This document shows, in pieces, positions 22,191-35,205 of a stretch of 46,040 bases of DNA. Where the stretch lies: the NCBI RefSeq assembly GCF_006345805.1, contig NW_021835126.1:1-46040 (forward strand), read 5' to 3'. Every line of letters starts with the position of its first letter. Positions within the stretch are counted from its first letter, which is position 1. The notes beneath the pieces are model-generated. The model was not told the DNA's origin. It saw nothing but the letters and a program-made list of their open reading frames with translations, and did not search any database. The translations under genes and the position numbers were made by a program. Source of the DNA: Octopus sinensis (lineage: Eukaryota).

Positions 22191-23389
22191 GCATTTAATT
22201 AGTTTATAAATTAATAGATATATACTGTATCGACTTACGGATAAATAAAAGTCAAAGTTGACTTCCGTGATACTTGAATTCAGGATGTAATGCAAATTAG
22301 TTAAATACTAGGACATATTTAATCCCTTGCTTCAATACTCACCATCAGCCCATCTAATAGTATAAAATCCTTTTATAACACAGGTAACAGGCGAAAATAG
22401 TTTTTAGGGAAAGAACAGCAAATCATTTTTCCTCTCAGTACTTCACTGCTATTTTTGCAATCAATTCATCTATGGTTGACAACAACGCAGTATTTTAAGC
22501 TCAGAGAGTACAGGGAGGTAACTAAATATCCTTCAAGAATTTTGTTAGTCGCTCTAGCTCTAAATTTGCCACTCCAGTTCCAGCACTTTTGTCTTTACAC
22601 ACAATAATGAGGACAGAAGAATATATCAGGTCGATGTAGAGGAGAACGGGTGTTAATAAATGGTTTTATTTTGAGATATGATGTCGGTAAAATTAGGTAA
22701 GAAGTAACAATGAATTTTAGGAAGAAGATGCCATAAAGATATATATGTATATATGATTATAATAAAGGTTTTTTTTGCAACAAGTTGCTTAAACCACATA
22801 CCGAAAATATTAGAAATAGCAGTCAAATGCCCATTTGTCAAATGCCCATACTATTACTATTACTACAAAAATAAGTCTCCACAAACAACAGTATTTGTAA
22901 CCTATATAAATGGTAAAAAGAAGGAAGACAACAAAATCACACAGTCTACTGGATTAATTATGGACGATCGTTTCTGGATTAGAATCGTAAGTTCATTTCC
23001 TTATCAACATAATATTTCCCATAAATCTAGAAATGCTAGGAAAAAACTCACCTATTATATATTCGACCAGGCGACATCGAAAGATATAACAGTCCACTAG
23101 CATATCCACATTTATATAGACAGGCAAATTCGTATCTCCCTCCAAAATGTATTATATATATATATATAAGGTAAGGAACTAAATACGGCTGAATAGTTAA
23201 ACTATATTAATAATTAAAACAATAATCTGTTATCCAACGTTGGTCTACCGGAATATCGTAATATCGAATTTTTCTTATCATTTCATTTGTAAGGGTACCA
23301 TCGAAAGTCTTGTCTCTATGTCTTGTATACAGGTAAAATCCGGTTCCAATCATGGAAGGGATTAGTACTAAAAATTAATTACTGAAAAC

Positions 23390-23625
23390 TGGCATTCCGT
23401 CGGTTACGACGAGGAAGGTTCCGATTAATCCGATCAACGGAACAGCCTGCTCGTAAAATTAACATGCAAGTGGCTGAGTACTCCACAGATTCGCGTGTCC
23501 TTAATATAGTAATCAGGGAAATTCAACGTGACACAGAATGTGTTGCTCAAGAACACCACGCGCCTCTGGGAATCGAACTCTTAATCGGGATCCAAATAAC
23601 CTAACCACTAACCCATGCGCCTGCG
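23390..23625 (-). mobile_element. Degenerate SINE family C
   Basis: ttgctcaagaacaccacgcgcc..ggaatcgaactc...cctaaccacta resembles 14018-14110. Confidence 0.5.
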
Positions 23626-23984
23626 ATATGCAGCTGTATGAGAAAAATAGGATCAAAATTAACAAATGGTCTTTATGAATTTCATAGTTATGCCGTTGTT
23701 TATAGAACCCCTGTGTACTCGAACCCTATCTTTCTGATCATATCCAGAGAACTGAATGCGGTGCATGAAGTTCTGTATATGTTTTTTCATTTCATAGGGT
23801 TCGCATAGTGGGGACACATTCTTCGAACAATAAGTGAAAATTATACCGGTGAGTGTGTTACATTATAAGGCACAAAAAGAAAATGACTCTCCCCAGACAC
23901 AATAGAATATGCTTCAAAACACGAACTCATATAAAGAATCTTGCAAACTAAATCCCAAAACGATATATATATATATATATGTAT

Positions 23985-24044
<60 letters not shown>

Positions 24045-24159
24045 TCAACCCAGAAAGTACATACGTAAATAATATGTTTGTTGTCTACACCACCTGTCTT
24101 CGTCTTTTGTTTTTGTGAATTTCCCTGTATATATATATATATATATATATAATATAGTA

Positions 24160-24223
<64 letters not shown>

Positions 24224-24429
24224 GAGGTAAGACATTATTGTTCACTGCTATTTTTTCCTATCTTGTCTGTAATAGATTTGTGACTATTCAGCGGTACAGA
24301 AGTATTTTTGACTTCTGTCATTGGCGATATAGGTACTCATGTGGTACCCTTGTGTGTATATGTACATATCTAATATTGTATGTATATATTTGATTAATTT
24401 GCCTGTACGGCTGAGAATTCGCTTACCAT

Positions 24430-24648
24430 TTGTGATGGTATTTTAATAATGCCATCCCGCCATGATAGATCGTTAGCTCCTAAACGCATTTTTTCTCTCC
24501 TTTTATTTCTCTGTATCTTTTTGCGAAGAGCGTAGGCTCGAAACGTAAAAGACTTTTTTATTTCTATTCTGAGCGCTATACTAACACATTTGTTTGTTTG
24601 TACTCCACCTGCCTTCGTCTTTTGTTTATTTTCGTAAACTTTCCCGTT
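24430..24648 (+). mobile_element. Probable Penelope-like pseudo-LTR fragment with a hammerhead-like motif (also ~26992-27217; tail fragment at 24072-24128)
   Basis: tcttt..gaaGAGCgtagGCTC-GAAA-CGTA-aaaga; tail ccacctg.cttcgtcttttgtt is repeated at 24090. Confidence 0.4.
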
Positions 24649-25422
24649 ATATATATATGAATGTGTGTGTATATGTGTGTCCACGTTGTGTGTACGAATC
24701 AACATGTATAACACTCACGAACTGAGCATTTTGGTTGTCGTAAATAATACTATTGTTTCTCTCATCTATATTACGAGAAACTGTGACTGGCGGTCGAAGA
24801 TCCCAGCGTCATATTGTATTTTGCGTACGAGTACCTTGATGTAAGATCTTTAAAATAATGGCTTTATAATAACTTGAAATTGAAATTCCTAATGAATCCT
24901 TCACTTCAGAATATTTATTTCCTCCGGAATATTTGTTTTCTTCATGTAAACAACCTCTGTGTGACGTTTATGATATGATTACAACTCCAACTATTGCAAT
25001 TTGTACAGCTTTATGTTGCTTTAAGTTGATCACATTGTTTTGAAAAAAAAATTTTTTCAAAATAATCCACAATGGATCCAGCTGAATTTATTGGATTTAG
25101 AAGAATTGCACTTTCTGTAATATTTGTCTTTTACGTGCGAACGACCGCTGCCTGACGGTTATGTTATGATTAAGACTTCAACAAATAACTCTTGAACTAA
25201 TAAATGAATAAATAAAATAAATAAAAATTATTTACAGGTGTTTTTTTTGTGTTTTCATATCGTAGGGGGCATTCATTCTCAGCCGAAGGATACTGCTTAT
25301 ACATACGTAAAACATACATACATACAGCCACGCATACACCTATATATATGCATATGTGCGTTTGAGTTGTGTGTGTGTGTATAAATATATGCCTGTCTAT
25401 CTATCTATCTATCTATCTGCCT

Positions 25423-25577
25423 GTATATATATATATATATATAATTATATATATATATTATATATAATATATATATATATAACATATATATATGTATATA
25501 TATATATATATATACATACATATATATATGCAAGTATATATATACATATATATATATACATACATTATATATACTAT

Positions 25578-25613
<36 letters not shown>

Positions 25614-25855
25614 TATATAATATATACAATTATATATACATATATATATATGATTATATATAAGTATATATATATACACATATATATATATATATATCAT
25701 ACATACATATATATATCATATATATATATATTATATATATTATATATATATATACATATATATATATACATATATATATATACATATTTATATATGTATA
25801 TATATATAAGTATATATATATACACATATATATATATATATATCTATATATATTA

Positions 25856-25900
<45 letters not shown>

Positions 25901-25941
25901 ATGTATATATTATATATTATACTATATATATATATATATAT
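25423..25941. repeat. Long imperfect (TA)n tract (counterpart 27984-28352)
   Basis: Direct reading. Confidence 0.95.
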
Positions 25942-25996
25942 ACAAGTGAATCGACAGGCGAAAGGGCACTCAACATTTATTGGGAGTTGCATGTTT

Positions 25997-26142
25997 AGAT
26001 CAAAACAGTTTGATTCAGCTCTTTGGTATTCTGGGTTTCAAGAGTGCTGCTAGTCTTCGGCCATTGGGCTCTGATAACCGAAGACTAGCCACACGCTTGA
26101 AACTTAGAGTACCAAGAAATCTGAAACAAACTGTTTTGATCT
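25997..26142 (+). repeat. ~64 bp-arm hairpin (17-nt loop); second copy at 28409-28551
   Basis: agatcaaaacagtttg...gctagtcttcgg / ccgaagactagc...caaactgttttgatct. Confidence 0.9.
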
Positions 26143-26150
26143 CTCTCTCT

Positions 26151-26206
<56 letters not shown>

Positions 26207-26544
26207 GCTTAGGAGCCCTTCTTGTTTGCTTTCATTGTCCTGTTTCTGTTACCAATTTTGACCTCCGCAAAATCCCAATTTTATTTAATTTGCTTTACGG
26301 GAGTGACTGTTTTATCGAAAGCGTATATGGTTGTTAAATGTTCGAATACGAGACTAGAGAACAGCCAACAACTGATGAAGGTTTGTTCGTTATGTTGTTT
26401 TTTTTTTTGTTTTCCATTTGTGTCTTTCGTTGTTCGAAAGAATAGTTCATATTCCATGTACTCCTGCTTTATTATTTTTTTTGTTGGACACATTTCTTGA
26501 CGTTCTGTACCCACATATGCATACATATATACACATATATATTG

Positions 26545-26734
26545 CTTCAACCATTTGACTGCGGCCATGCTGGAGCACCGCCTTTAGTCGAGCAAATCGA
26601 CCCCAGGACCTAATCTTTGTAAGCCTGGTACTTATTCTATCGGTCACTTTTGCCGAACCGCTAGTTACGGGGACCTAAACACACAGCAGCATCAGTTGTC
26701 AAGCGATGTTGGTGGGACAAACATAGAAACACAA
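26545..26734 (-). mobile_element. SINE family A, 3' half, cut at its internal (TA)n
   Basis: catttgactgcggccatgctggagcaccgcc...gttgtcaagcgatg. Confidence 0.85.
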
Positions 26735-26742
26735 ATATATAT

Positions 26743-26787
<45 letters not shown>

Positions 26788-26792
<5 letters not shown>

Positions 26793-28010
26793 GTAAGACA
26801 TTATTGTTCACTGCTATTTTTTCCTATCTTGTCTGTAATAGATTTGTGACTATTCAGCGGTACAGAAGTATTTTTTACTTCTGTCATTGGCGATATAGGT
26901 ACTCATGTGGTACCCTTGTGTATTGTACATATCTAATATTGTATGTATATATTTGATTTATTTTGCCTGTACGGCTGAGAATTCGCTTACCATTTGTGAT
27001 GGTATTTTAATAATGCACATCCCGCCATGATAGATCGTTAGCTCCTAAACGCATTTTTTCTCTCCTTTTATTTCTCTGTATCTTTTTGTCGAAGAGCGTA
27101 GGCTCGAAACGTAAAAGACTTTTTCTATTTCTATTCCTGAGCGCTATACTAACACATTTGTTTGTTTGTACTCCACCTGCCTTCGTCTTTTGTTTATTTT
27201 CGTAAACTTTCCCGTTATATATATATGAATGTGTGTGTATATGTGTGTCCACGTGTGTGTACGAAATCAACATGTATAACACTCACGAACTGAGCAATTT
27301 TGGTTGTCGTAAATAATACTATTGTTTCTCTCATCTATATTTACGAGAAACTGTGACTGGCGGTCGAAGAATCCCAGCGTCATATTGTATTTTGCGTACG
27401 AGTACCTTGATGTAAGATCTTTAAAATAATGGCTTTATAATAACTTTGAAATTGAAATTCCTAATGAATCCTTCACCTTCAGAATATTTATTTCCTCCGG
27501 AATATTTGTTTTCTTCATGTAAACAACCTCTGTGTGACGTTTATGATATGATTACAACTCCAACTATTGCAATTTGTACAGCTTTATGTTGCTTTAAGTT
27601 GATCACATTGTTTTGAAAAAAAATTTTTCAAATATAATCCACAATGGATCCAGCTGAATTTATTGGATTTAGAAGAATTGCACTTTCTGTAATATTTGTC
27701 TTTTACGTGCGAACGACCGCTGCCTGACGGTTATGTTATGATTAAGACTTCAACCAATAACTCTTGAACTAATAATGAATAAATAAAATAAATATCAAAA
27801 TTATTTACAGGTGTTTTTTTTGTGTTTTCATATCGTAGGGGGCATTCATATCTCCCGAAGGATGCTGCTTTACATGTAACATACATACAGCCACGCATGC
27901 ACCTATATATATGCATAGTGCGTTTGAGTTGTGTGTGTGTGTATAAATATATGCCTGTCTATCTATCTATCTATCTATCTGCTGTATATATATTATATAT
28001 ATATATATTG

Positions 28011-28042
<32 letters not shown>

Positions 28043-28238
28043 ACATATATATATATATTACATATATATATATACATACATATATATATATGCAAGTATT
28101 ATATTATATATATATATACATACTAATATCTATACATATATATATAATATTTATTATATATATAATATATACATATATATCTAATCCATATATTATTACA
28201 TATATATATATGTATATATATAAGTATATAATATACAC

Positions 28239-28270
<32 letters not shown>

Positions 28271-28283
28271 CTATAATATATAG

Positions 28284-28315
<32 letters not shown>

Positions 28316-28558
28316 ATGTCTATATATATATATTATATATATATATATATATACAAGTGAATCGACAGGCGAAAGGGCACTCAACATTTATTGGGAGTTG
28401 CATGGTTTATCAAAACAGTTTGATTCAGACTCTTTGGTATTCTGGGTTTCAAGAGTGCTGCTAGTCTTCGGCCATTGGGCTCTGATAACCGAAGACTAGC
28501 CACACGCTTGAAACTTAGAGTACCAAGAAATCTGAAACAAACTGTTTTGATCTCTCTC

Positions 28559-28615
<57 letters not shown>

Positions 28616-29143
28616 GCTTAGGATCCCTTCTTGTTTGCTTTCATTGTCCTGTTTCTGTTACGAATTTTGACCCTCCGCAAAATCCCAAATTTTATTTAAT
28701 TTGCTTTACGGGAGTGACTGTTTTATCGAAAGCGTATATGGTTGTTAAATGCTCGAAATACGAGACTAGAGAAACAGCCAACAACTGATGAAGGTTTGTT
28801 CGTTATGTTGTTTTTTTTTTTGTTTTCCATTTGTGTCTTTCGTTGTTAGAAAGAATAGTTCATATTCCATGTACTCCTGCTTCGTATTCTTTTGTTGGAC
28901 ACATTTCGTGACGTTCTGTGCCCACATATGCATACTACATATATACACATATATATTGCTTCAACCATTTGACTGCGGCCATGCTGGAGCACCGCCTTTA
29001 GTCGAGCAAATCGCCCCCAGGACTTAATCTTTGTAAGCCTAGTACTTATTCTATCTATCACTTTTGCCGAACCGCTAAGTTACGGGGACCTAAACACACC
29101 AGCATCAGTTGTCAAGCGATGTTGGTGGGACAAACATAGAAAC

Positions 29144-29148
<5 letters not shown>
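26788..29148. repeat. Tandem duplication, unit 2
   Basis: Colinear with 24222-26735. Confidence 0.95.
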
Positions 29149-29200
<52 letters not shown>

Positions 29201-29302
29201 CTATGTATATATATACGATGGGCTTCTTTTCAGTTCCGTCTACCAAATCCACTTAAAATGCTTTGGTTGGCCTGAGGCTATAGTAGAAGACACTTGCCCA
29301 AG
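28958..29302 (-). mobile_element. SINE family A, head-truncated
   Basis: Continues past (TA)n into cttctttcagttccgtctaccaaatcc...cacttgcccaag. Confidence 0.85.
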
Positions 29303-29369
29303 TGTATCTATAAATATATATACATATTACATATATACATATGCACACACATACACACACACACGCACA

Positions 29370-30658
29370 CACGATGTGGTGCTGAAAATTTCTTAGCTTT
29401 AAGTTGATCGTGAGAGAGTAGAACTGTTTCCTTTACAAGGTGTGGGTAGGACAGCTATTTAGTGGAAAATATACAAAAAATCACGATGGTATACAATACA
29501 TCCTTCCTTTTTTTTACAAATTTAGCTCATGATGCCAAATCCTACAGACGACGATTTTGGTAAAATTGAAGCACGAGTGCTCATGAAGTTCCTCTTTTTT
29601 CGAAGCAAAAGAGAGGACAGAATCCATGCCAAAATGGACGAAGTCTTCAAGGATGGCTGCCCATCTTACTCCACTTTGAAATATAGAAATCAAGGATTCA
29701 GACTGGTCATTTCGAGGTCACAGATGAACTGCAGTCAGGACGGCCAACTTCCGCGACCACAGAAGACAAAGATGACGTTGTGCACGTCATGAATCTCGAG
29801 GTCGCCGCATTTCGGCTAAAGATCATCGCATTTCAGCAACTCTTTCACGTGTTGGTCACATCAACCATGAAGAGTTGGCCACATCAGCCACAATATTCTG
29901 GGCATGAGAAATATTTCCGTAAAATGAGAGCCAAATGCTTGAACGCAGATCAGAAGCATATCAGATTGACGACATCAAATGCAATTTTGGACTGGTTTGA
30001 AGAGAGAGAAGTTGATTTTATAGCTCGTTTAACCACCATGGATGAAACTTGGCTTCATAGTTATGATTCCCATACCAAGCAGCAATCAATGGAATGGGTC
30101 ACAGCGGCTCACCGCATCCCAAGAAATTTCGAACCCAGAAGTCAGCTGGAAGGATTCTGACTTCACTGTTCTGGGACAAAGATGGAGTACTTGTCATAAA
30201 ACACATGCCAATGGGTCGCACCATCACGCAGAATACTACACGTGTCTGTTGGATGAACTGCTTGAAACTTTGAAGCAGAAACGCCATGGGAAGCTGAGAC
30301 TGTTCTTACAGGAAAAGGCACCAACACCACAGCACATAAACTCTACGGAAAATACGCAATTTTGGCTTCGAATTCGTAGACCACCCGACTTAATTTCCTG
30401 ACTGGCCCTTTCCGACTATCACCTCTTTCCACACTGAAGAGAACGAAATTCACTGAGATTCGCAAGTGATCGCTGATACAGGGGCCTGAATGGTGGCCTC
30501 TGTAACAGGGCTTAGAAAAACTGACAAGCATAGAAAAACTAAAGGCCCTCTGTAATAAGTTTTTGAATGTGAGAGGGGAGTATACTAAAATCATAATTAA
30601 CTGATCCTCCTGTATTTACTTTTACACAAAGCCAGGAAATTTTCAGCATCCTCTCGTG
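29370..30658 (+). mobile_element. Full-length (~1.29 kb) inactive mariner DNA transposon
   Basis: TIRs CACGATGTGGTGCTGAAAATTTCTTAGCTTT / AAAGCCAGGAAATTTTCAGCATCCTCTCGTG, followed by TA on the right; encloses a transposase relic. Confidence 0.9.
29529..30575 (+). pseudogene. Mariner transposase pseudogene (multiple frameshifts)
   Basis: HTH region EARVLMKFLF..IHAKMDEVFKDGCPSYSTLKY; catalytic-domain motifs RLTTMDETWLHSYD, KQQSMEWV, FWDKDG, AEYYTCLL and SDYHLFP lie in different frames; end approximate. Confidence 0.85.
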
Positions 30659-30683
30659 TATATATGTGTGTGTGTGTATGTGC

Positions 30684-30714
<31 letters not shown>

Positions 30715-31141
30715 TATATACCCACTCACACACCATGTATATAAACACGGATAAAGTGGAATTATAAACAGTTAAAATCGTAATTCACATAGCAACACTC
30801 AGAGAACCGCAAAGCGTGTGATAGTGCGAAATATAGATCGTCTGCTGTTAAGTGACAGATACTATCAAAATAACTTCAACAGAACCAATCAAAGTGTTAT
30901 TTAATTAATTTATTAGATAAATAGTTAGCTGATTATCCAATTAACTGGGCATGGCAGAAGTGAAATTTAATCAGTGCGTATGATTTAATGGGCAACAGAA
31001 CATTCGAAAAATACAAAAATATTTCATTAAATACACAATTTCACACGTGCTATTTGCAAAACAAGCAGAGAAACAAACGCAAGCGTACACAGTTAGACAG
31101 AAACTACCTAAACACAGCCACACACGTATGTATACATTATA

Positions 31142-31181
<40 letters not shown>

Positions 31182-31221
31182 TGGTGTATGTGTATGTATG
31201 TGGTGTGTTGTGTGTGTGTGT

Positions 31222-31721
31222 ATGGCCTGTCAGCCTTGTAATGACATGCATAGATCTGGTCATCAATCTAAGTAGAGACTTCAAACCTGAAATATTCAAA
31301 GCCACAGTCGAACCAATTCTACTATATGGCTCAGAAACCTGGACGTTATCAAAGAGCTTGAGAGGCGGTTGGATGGAACCTACACTCGCCTCCTTATGAG
31401 AGCTCAAAAATCTCTCGTGGAAGCCGCCATCCAACCAAAATGCAAATATATGGGAAACTACCACCTTTGTCATCTCTTGAGGAGGGTAGGAGAGTCCATT
31501 TGCTGGACATTGTTGTAGAGCTGAAAAAGAAGTAATTTCTACTCTTCTCCTCTGGAAGCCATCTACTCGCATACCAGAGGGCGCACACTCTCCTACCCTG
31601 ATGTAATCTCCAGGGATACAGGCATCCAGCAACAGGACCTCCGTAATGCCATGATGGACCGTAAGTCTGGCGTAGCGTGGTAAATTCCATTGTCTCGACC
31701 ACGGTCGAACAATGATGATGA
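31222..31721 (+). mobile_element. RTE-clade LINE 3' fragment
   Basis: IFKATVEPILLYGSETWTLSK, RLDGTYTRLLMRAQ, AGHCCRAEKEVISTLLLWKP and LRNAMMDR across frameshifts; ends in a (TGA)n tail. Confidence 0.85.
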
Positions 31722-31833
31722 ATGTGGTCTACCTCCCTGAATGTATTTGTTCAGATTTTCACTTTTTGGGAATATTGATAGTTTGTAATTCCTTGTACTG
31801 GTGAGAACTGGAAAACACATTAATTAAACAAGT

Positions 31834-31868
<35 letters not shown>

Positions 31869-32104
31869 GCGCACACATGTAACAAAAATCAGACCATTAT
31901 CCATAGACAGATATCTAATATATTCTTTATACTTTTGTTGTACACGTTGTGTATTGTTGTTAAAATCTTTTTGTTGTATGACAGTCATTCTAATAGACAC
32001 ATAATGGAAATTAATTTGTATTTTACAGTTGGTATTTTGCAATGTTAATATTTTTTCTTTCTCCTTTTATGGTTTCGGTACATCATGCATCTGTGTGTGC
32101 GTGT

Positions 32105-32162
<58 letters not shown>

Positions 32163-32293
32163 TTGTGTGTGTGTAATATTGGTGATATTCATCTAAGCAA
32201 GTAAACAAACCAGTGAGATGTCCTCTGACATGGCCTAAGCTGTGGTCGTTAAGAACAAACAAAAGAATTAAATACATAAAGAACACACACACA

Positions 32294-32332
<39 letters not shown>

Positions 32333-32839
32333 ACGCACGCACGCACACATACGCACACATACGCACACATACACACATGAATCAAAACAGTCATACATAC
32401 TAACAAACATACATTTATAAATAATGAATCGAACGGAATTATTACAATGGAGACTAATCTACTGCTTTTGTTACTAAATCGCGTTCCTACTACGAAGTAA
32501 TTCGCATTTCTTTTCCTATGTTCTTGCTACTCTTGATCTTAGTTCTCGCACACTCACTTACACACACACATACACACTCAGGCACACACTTGCACATACA
32601 TATATACGCGCGTGCGCAATACAATATACCGTTGAATATTTGGGACTCAAAAGAAAACTCCATCTGTAAGATTTAAGAAAGAAATAAAATATTCACGCAA
32701 CATATTTTTTCTATCGACTCCTTTAATGTATGTCTGATCTGCTTAATCTTCGCATTAATGTAGATAATGCTATACATACATACATACATACATACATACA
32801 TACATACATACATACATACATACATACATACATACATAC

Positions 32840-33247
32840 GTGGCTGTGTGGTAAGTAGCTTGTTTACCAACCACATGGTTCTGGGTTCAGTCCCACTGCG
32901 TGGCACCTTGGGCAAGTGTCTTCTTCTATAGCCTCGGGCCGACCAAAGCATTGTGAGTGGATTTGGTAGACGGAAACTGAAAGAAGCCCGTCGTATATAT
33001 GTATATATATATATGTGTGTGTGTTTGTGTGTCTGCGTTTGTCCCCCTAGAATTGCTTGACAACCGATGCTGGTGTGTTTATGTCCCCGTCACTTAGCGG
33101 TTCGGCAAAAGAGACCGATAGAATAAGTACTGGGCTTACAAAAGAATAAGTCCCGGGGTCGAGTTGCTCGATTAAAGGCGGTGCTCCAGCATGGCCGCAG
33201 TCAAATGACTGAAACAAGTAAAAGAGTAAATGAGAGTAAAGAGTAAT
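32840..33247 (+). mobile_element. SINE family A, near full length, young
   Basis: High identity to 5554-5956; flanked by (TACA)n. Confidence 0.9.
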
Positions 33248-33376
33248 ACATACACACACATTCATACACATACATACATACATACATACATACATACATA
33301 CATACATACATACATACATACATACATACATACACACACACACAAACACACACACATAATATATATACATGTATAT

Positions 33377-33680
33377 ATTCTTTTATTATTTTACTTGTAT
33401 CAGCCATTAGATTGTGGCCATGCTGGGGCAGCGTCTTGCTGAATTTCAGTCGAACGAATCGACCCCAATACACATTCTATTTGTCTATTTTGCTGAACTG
33501 CTAAGTTACGGGGACATAAACGCACTAACACATATACACGTTGGGCTTCTTCCTGTTTCTGTTTACCAAATCCATTGATAAGACTTTGGTTGACCAGAGG
33601 ATACAAGAGGACATAACTGCGCAAGGTACCGCACAGTGAGACTGAACCTGGAACCATGTGGTTGGAAGCAAACTTCATAA
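33377..33680 (-). mobile_element. SINE family A, degenerate
   Basis: tgtggccatgctggggca..., gaactgctaagttacggggacataaac..., gactgaacctggaaccatgtggttgg. Confidence 0.75.
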
Positions 33681-33933
33681 GCTTTCAAACGAATATAAAA
33701 TAATTTTTTGGGAATTAAGATTCCAATGTACATAAGTGTTAAAGATAATTGCAATTAAAGAAAGGCAACCGCCGACTTTTTCTATCAAAATTAGTCGTCC
33801 AACACAATATTTACATGCTATTATTTGTAGCATGTATGTGCTTCGAGATCCTTTTCCAAAAACAAAAAGAGGATTATACACACTCACACACATATACACT
33901 TTCTCATGCGCGCACATGCACACATGCACACAT

Positions 33934-33975
<42 letters not shown>

Positions 33976-34039
33976 GCATGTTCTCTTCTGATTTTAATCA
34001 TTTACGTTCTTCCTCTGAAGATGGAGCAGGTTTTTAAAC

Positions 34040-34880
34040 ACGAGAAAAGTCTTGCATATTTTTACTGTTCCACCTGGAAATTGTATTTGCAATGCACAAG
34101 TTTGTTGGTTCCTTTTGCAGAAAACTCTAGCTTATCCAGATTGTCGCTTAGGCATTTACTTACAAAACTAAGTGCACCAATTATTATTTGTATAAATGTG
34201 AATTTATAATCTGGATATAGAAGCTGGAGGCTTCGAAGCAGTTGCGCAAAGATATCCTCTTTCTCTTTGATATTCAAACAGATATTCACAATCAAAAGGA
34301 CAGCTGAGCGCTCTGACAATGCGTACTTTTTCTTGCCTGTCCCCAACAACGGCATCCAGCCTGTTACGTTTGAACTTGACAAACGTTTCGATGGGAATAT
34401 TCCACCAGTATTCCTTGTGTTGACGTTTGTGTATGCATTCGATGACAGGGAGATTATCTATATTTATTCGAGGACAGTCGGTTTTCCAAATAGCATTGTA
34501 TATTGTTTTTGCGACAACGCCATGCCACATAACGAGGTACTAACTTGATGACATTTTTGGAAAGCTACTAATCACATGAATGATACCTTCCGTAGGATTT
34601 ATGACACAATCAACATTTTCGGTTGGATCTTGGAGCTCTAAGCACTTCACTATCTCTTCTACCTATTATGTATTTCGTAGTAATCGTCTGTTCTTGGATT
34701 GAAATGCATAGCTTTCCAAGTTTGATGTAATGTAGCGGTTACGAGTCCAAGAGAGGTTGCACTTCATGCAATATTAGTCTTCTTCAAGTCTTTGGGAAAC
34801 ATACCCATGTATAGTCACTTTTTGGTATGCTGAGAGTTTCACATCCAGCATGGTGTCGGTTCAGTATTCTCTCCTTACTT
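34040..34880 (-). mobile_element. Dong/R4-type LINE relic, copy 2
   Basis: HGVVAKTIYNAI...HKEYWWNIPIET..KRNRLDAVV.DRQEK...LSCP; FAQLLRSLQLLYPDYKFTFIQIIIGAL; GTVKICKTFL; homologous to 11800-13160. Confidence 0.8.
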
Positions 34881-34928
34881 GCATTTACGCACGATCATTA
34901 AAGTTAAAATCCCTATCTTCGCTCTAGA

Positions 34929-35093
34929 TGTATGTATGCATGTATGTATGTATGTATGTATGTATGTATGTATATATGTATGTATGAATGGATGAATGAA
35001 TGAATGTATGCATTATGTATGTATGTATGTATGTATGTATGTATGTATGTATGTATGTATGAATGGATGAATGAATGAATGTATGCATGTGTG

Positions 35094-35125
<32 letters not shown>

Positions 35126-35205
35126 AATGGATGAATGAATGAATGAACGTATGCATGTATGTATGTATGTATGTATGTATGTATGTATGTATGTATGTAT
35201 GTATC
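34929..35205. repeat. (TATG)n/(TGAA)n microsatellite
   Basis: Direct reading. Confidence 0.95.

Larger units (their letters stand above)
24222..26735. repeat. Tandem duplication, unit 1 (~2.5 kb)
   Basis: From atgaggtaagacattattg to acatagaaacacaaat; repeated at 26788-29148. Confidence 0.95.

Noticed and set aside
30433-30450. CTGAAGAGAACGAAA hammerhead-like string
   Set aside because: Lies inside the mariner transposase relic; no flanking stems
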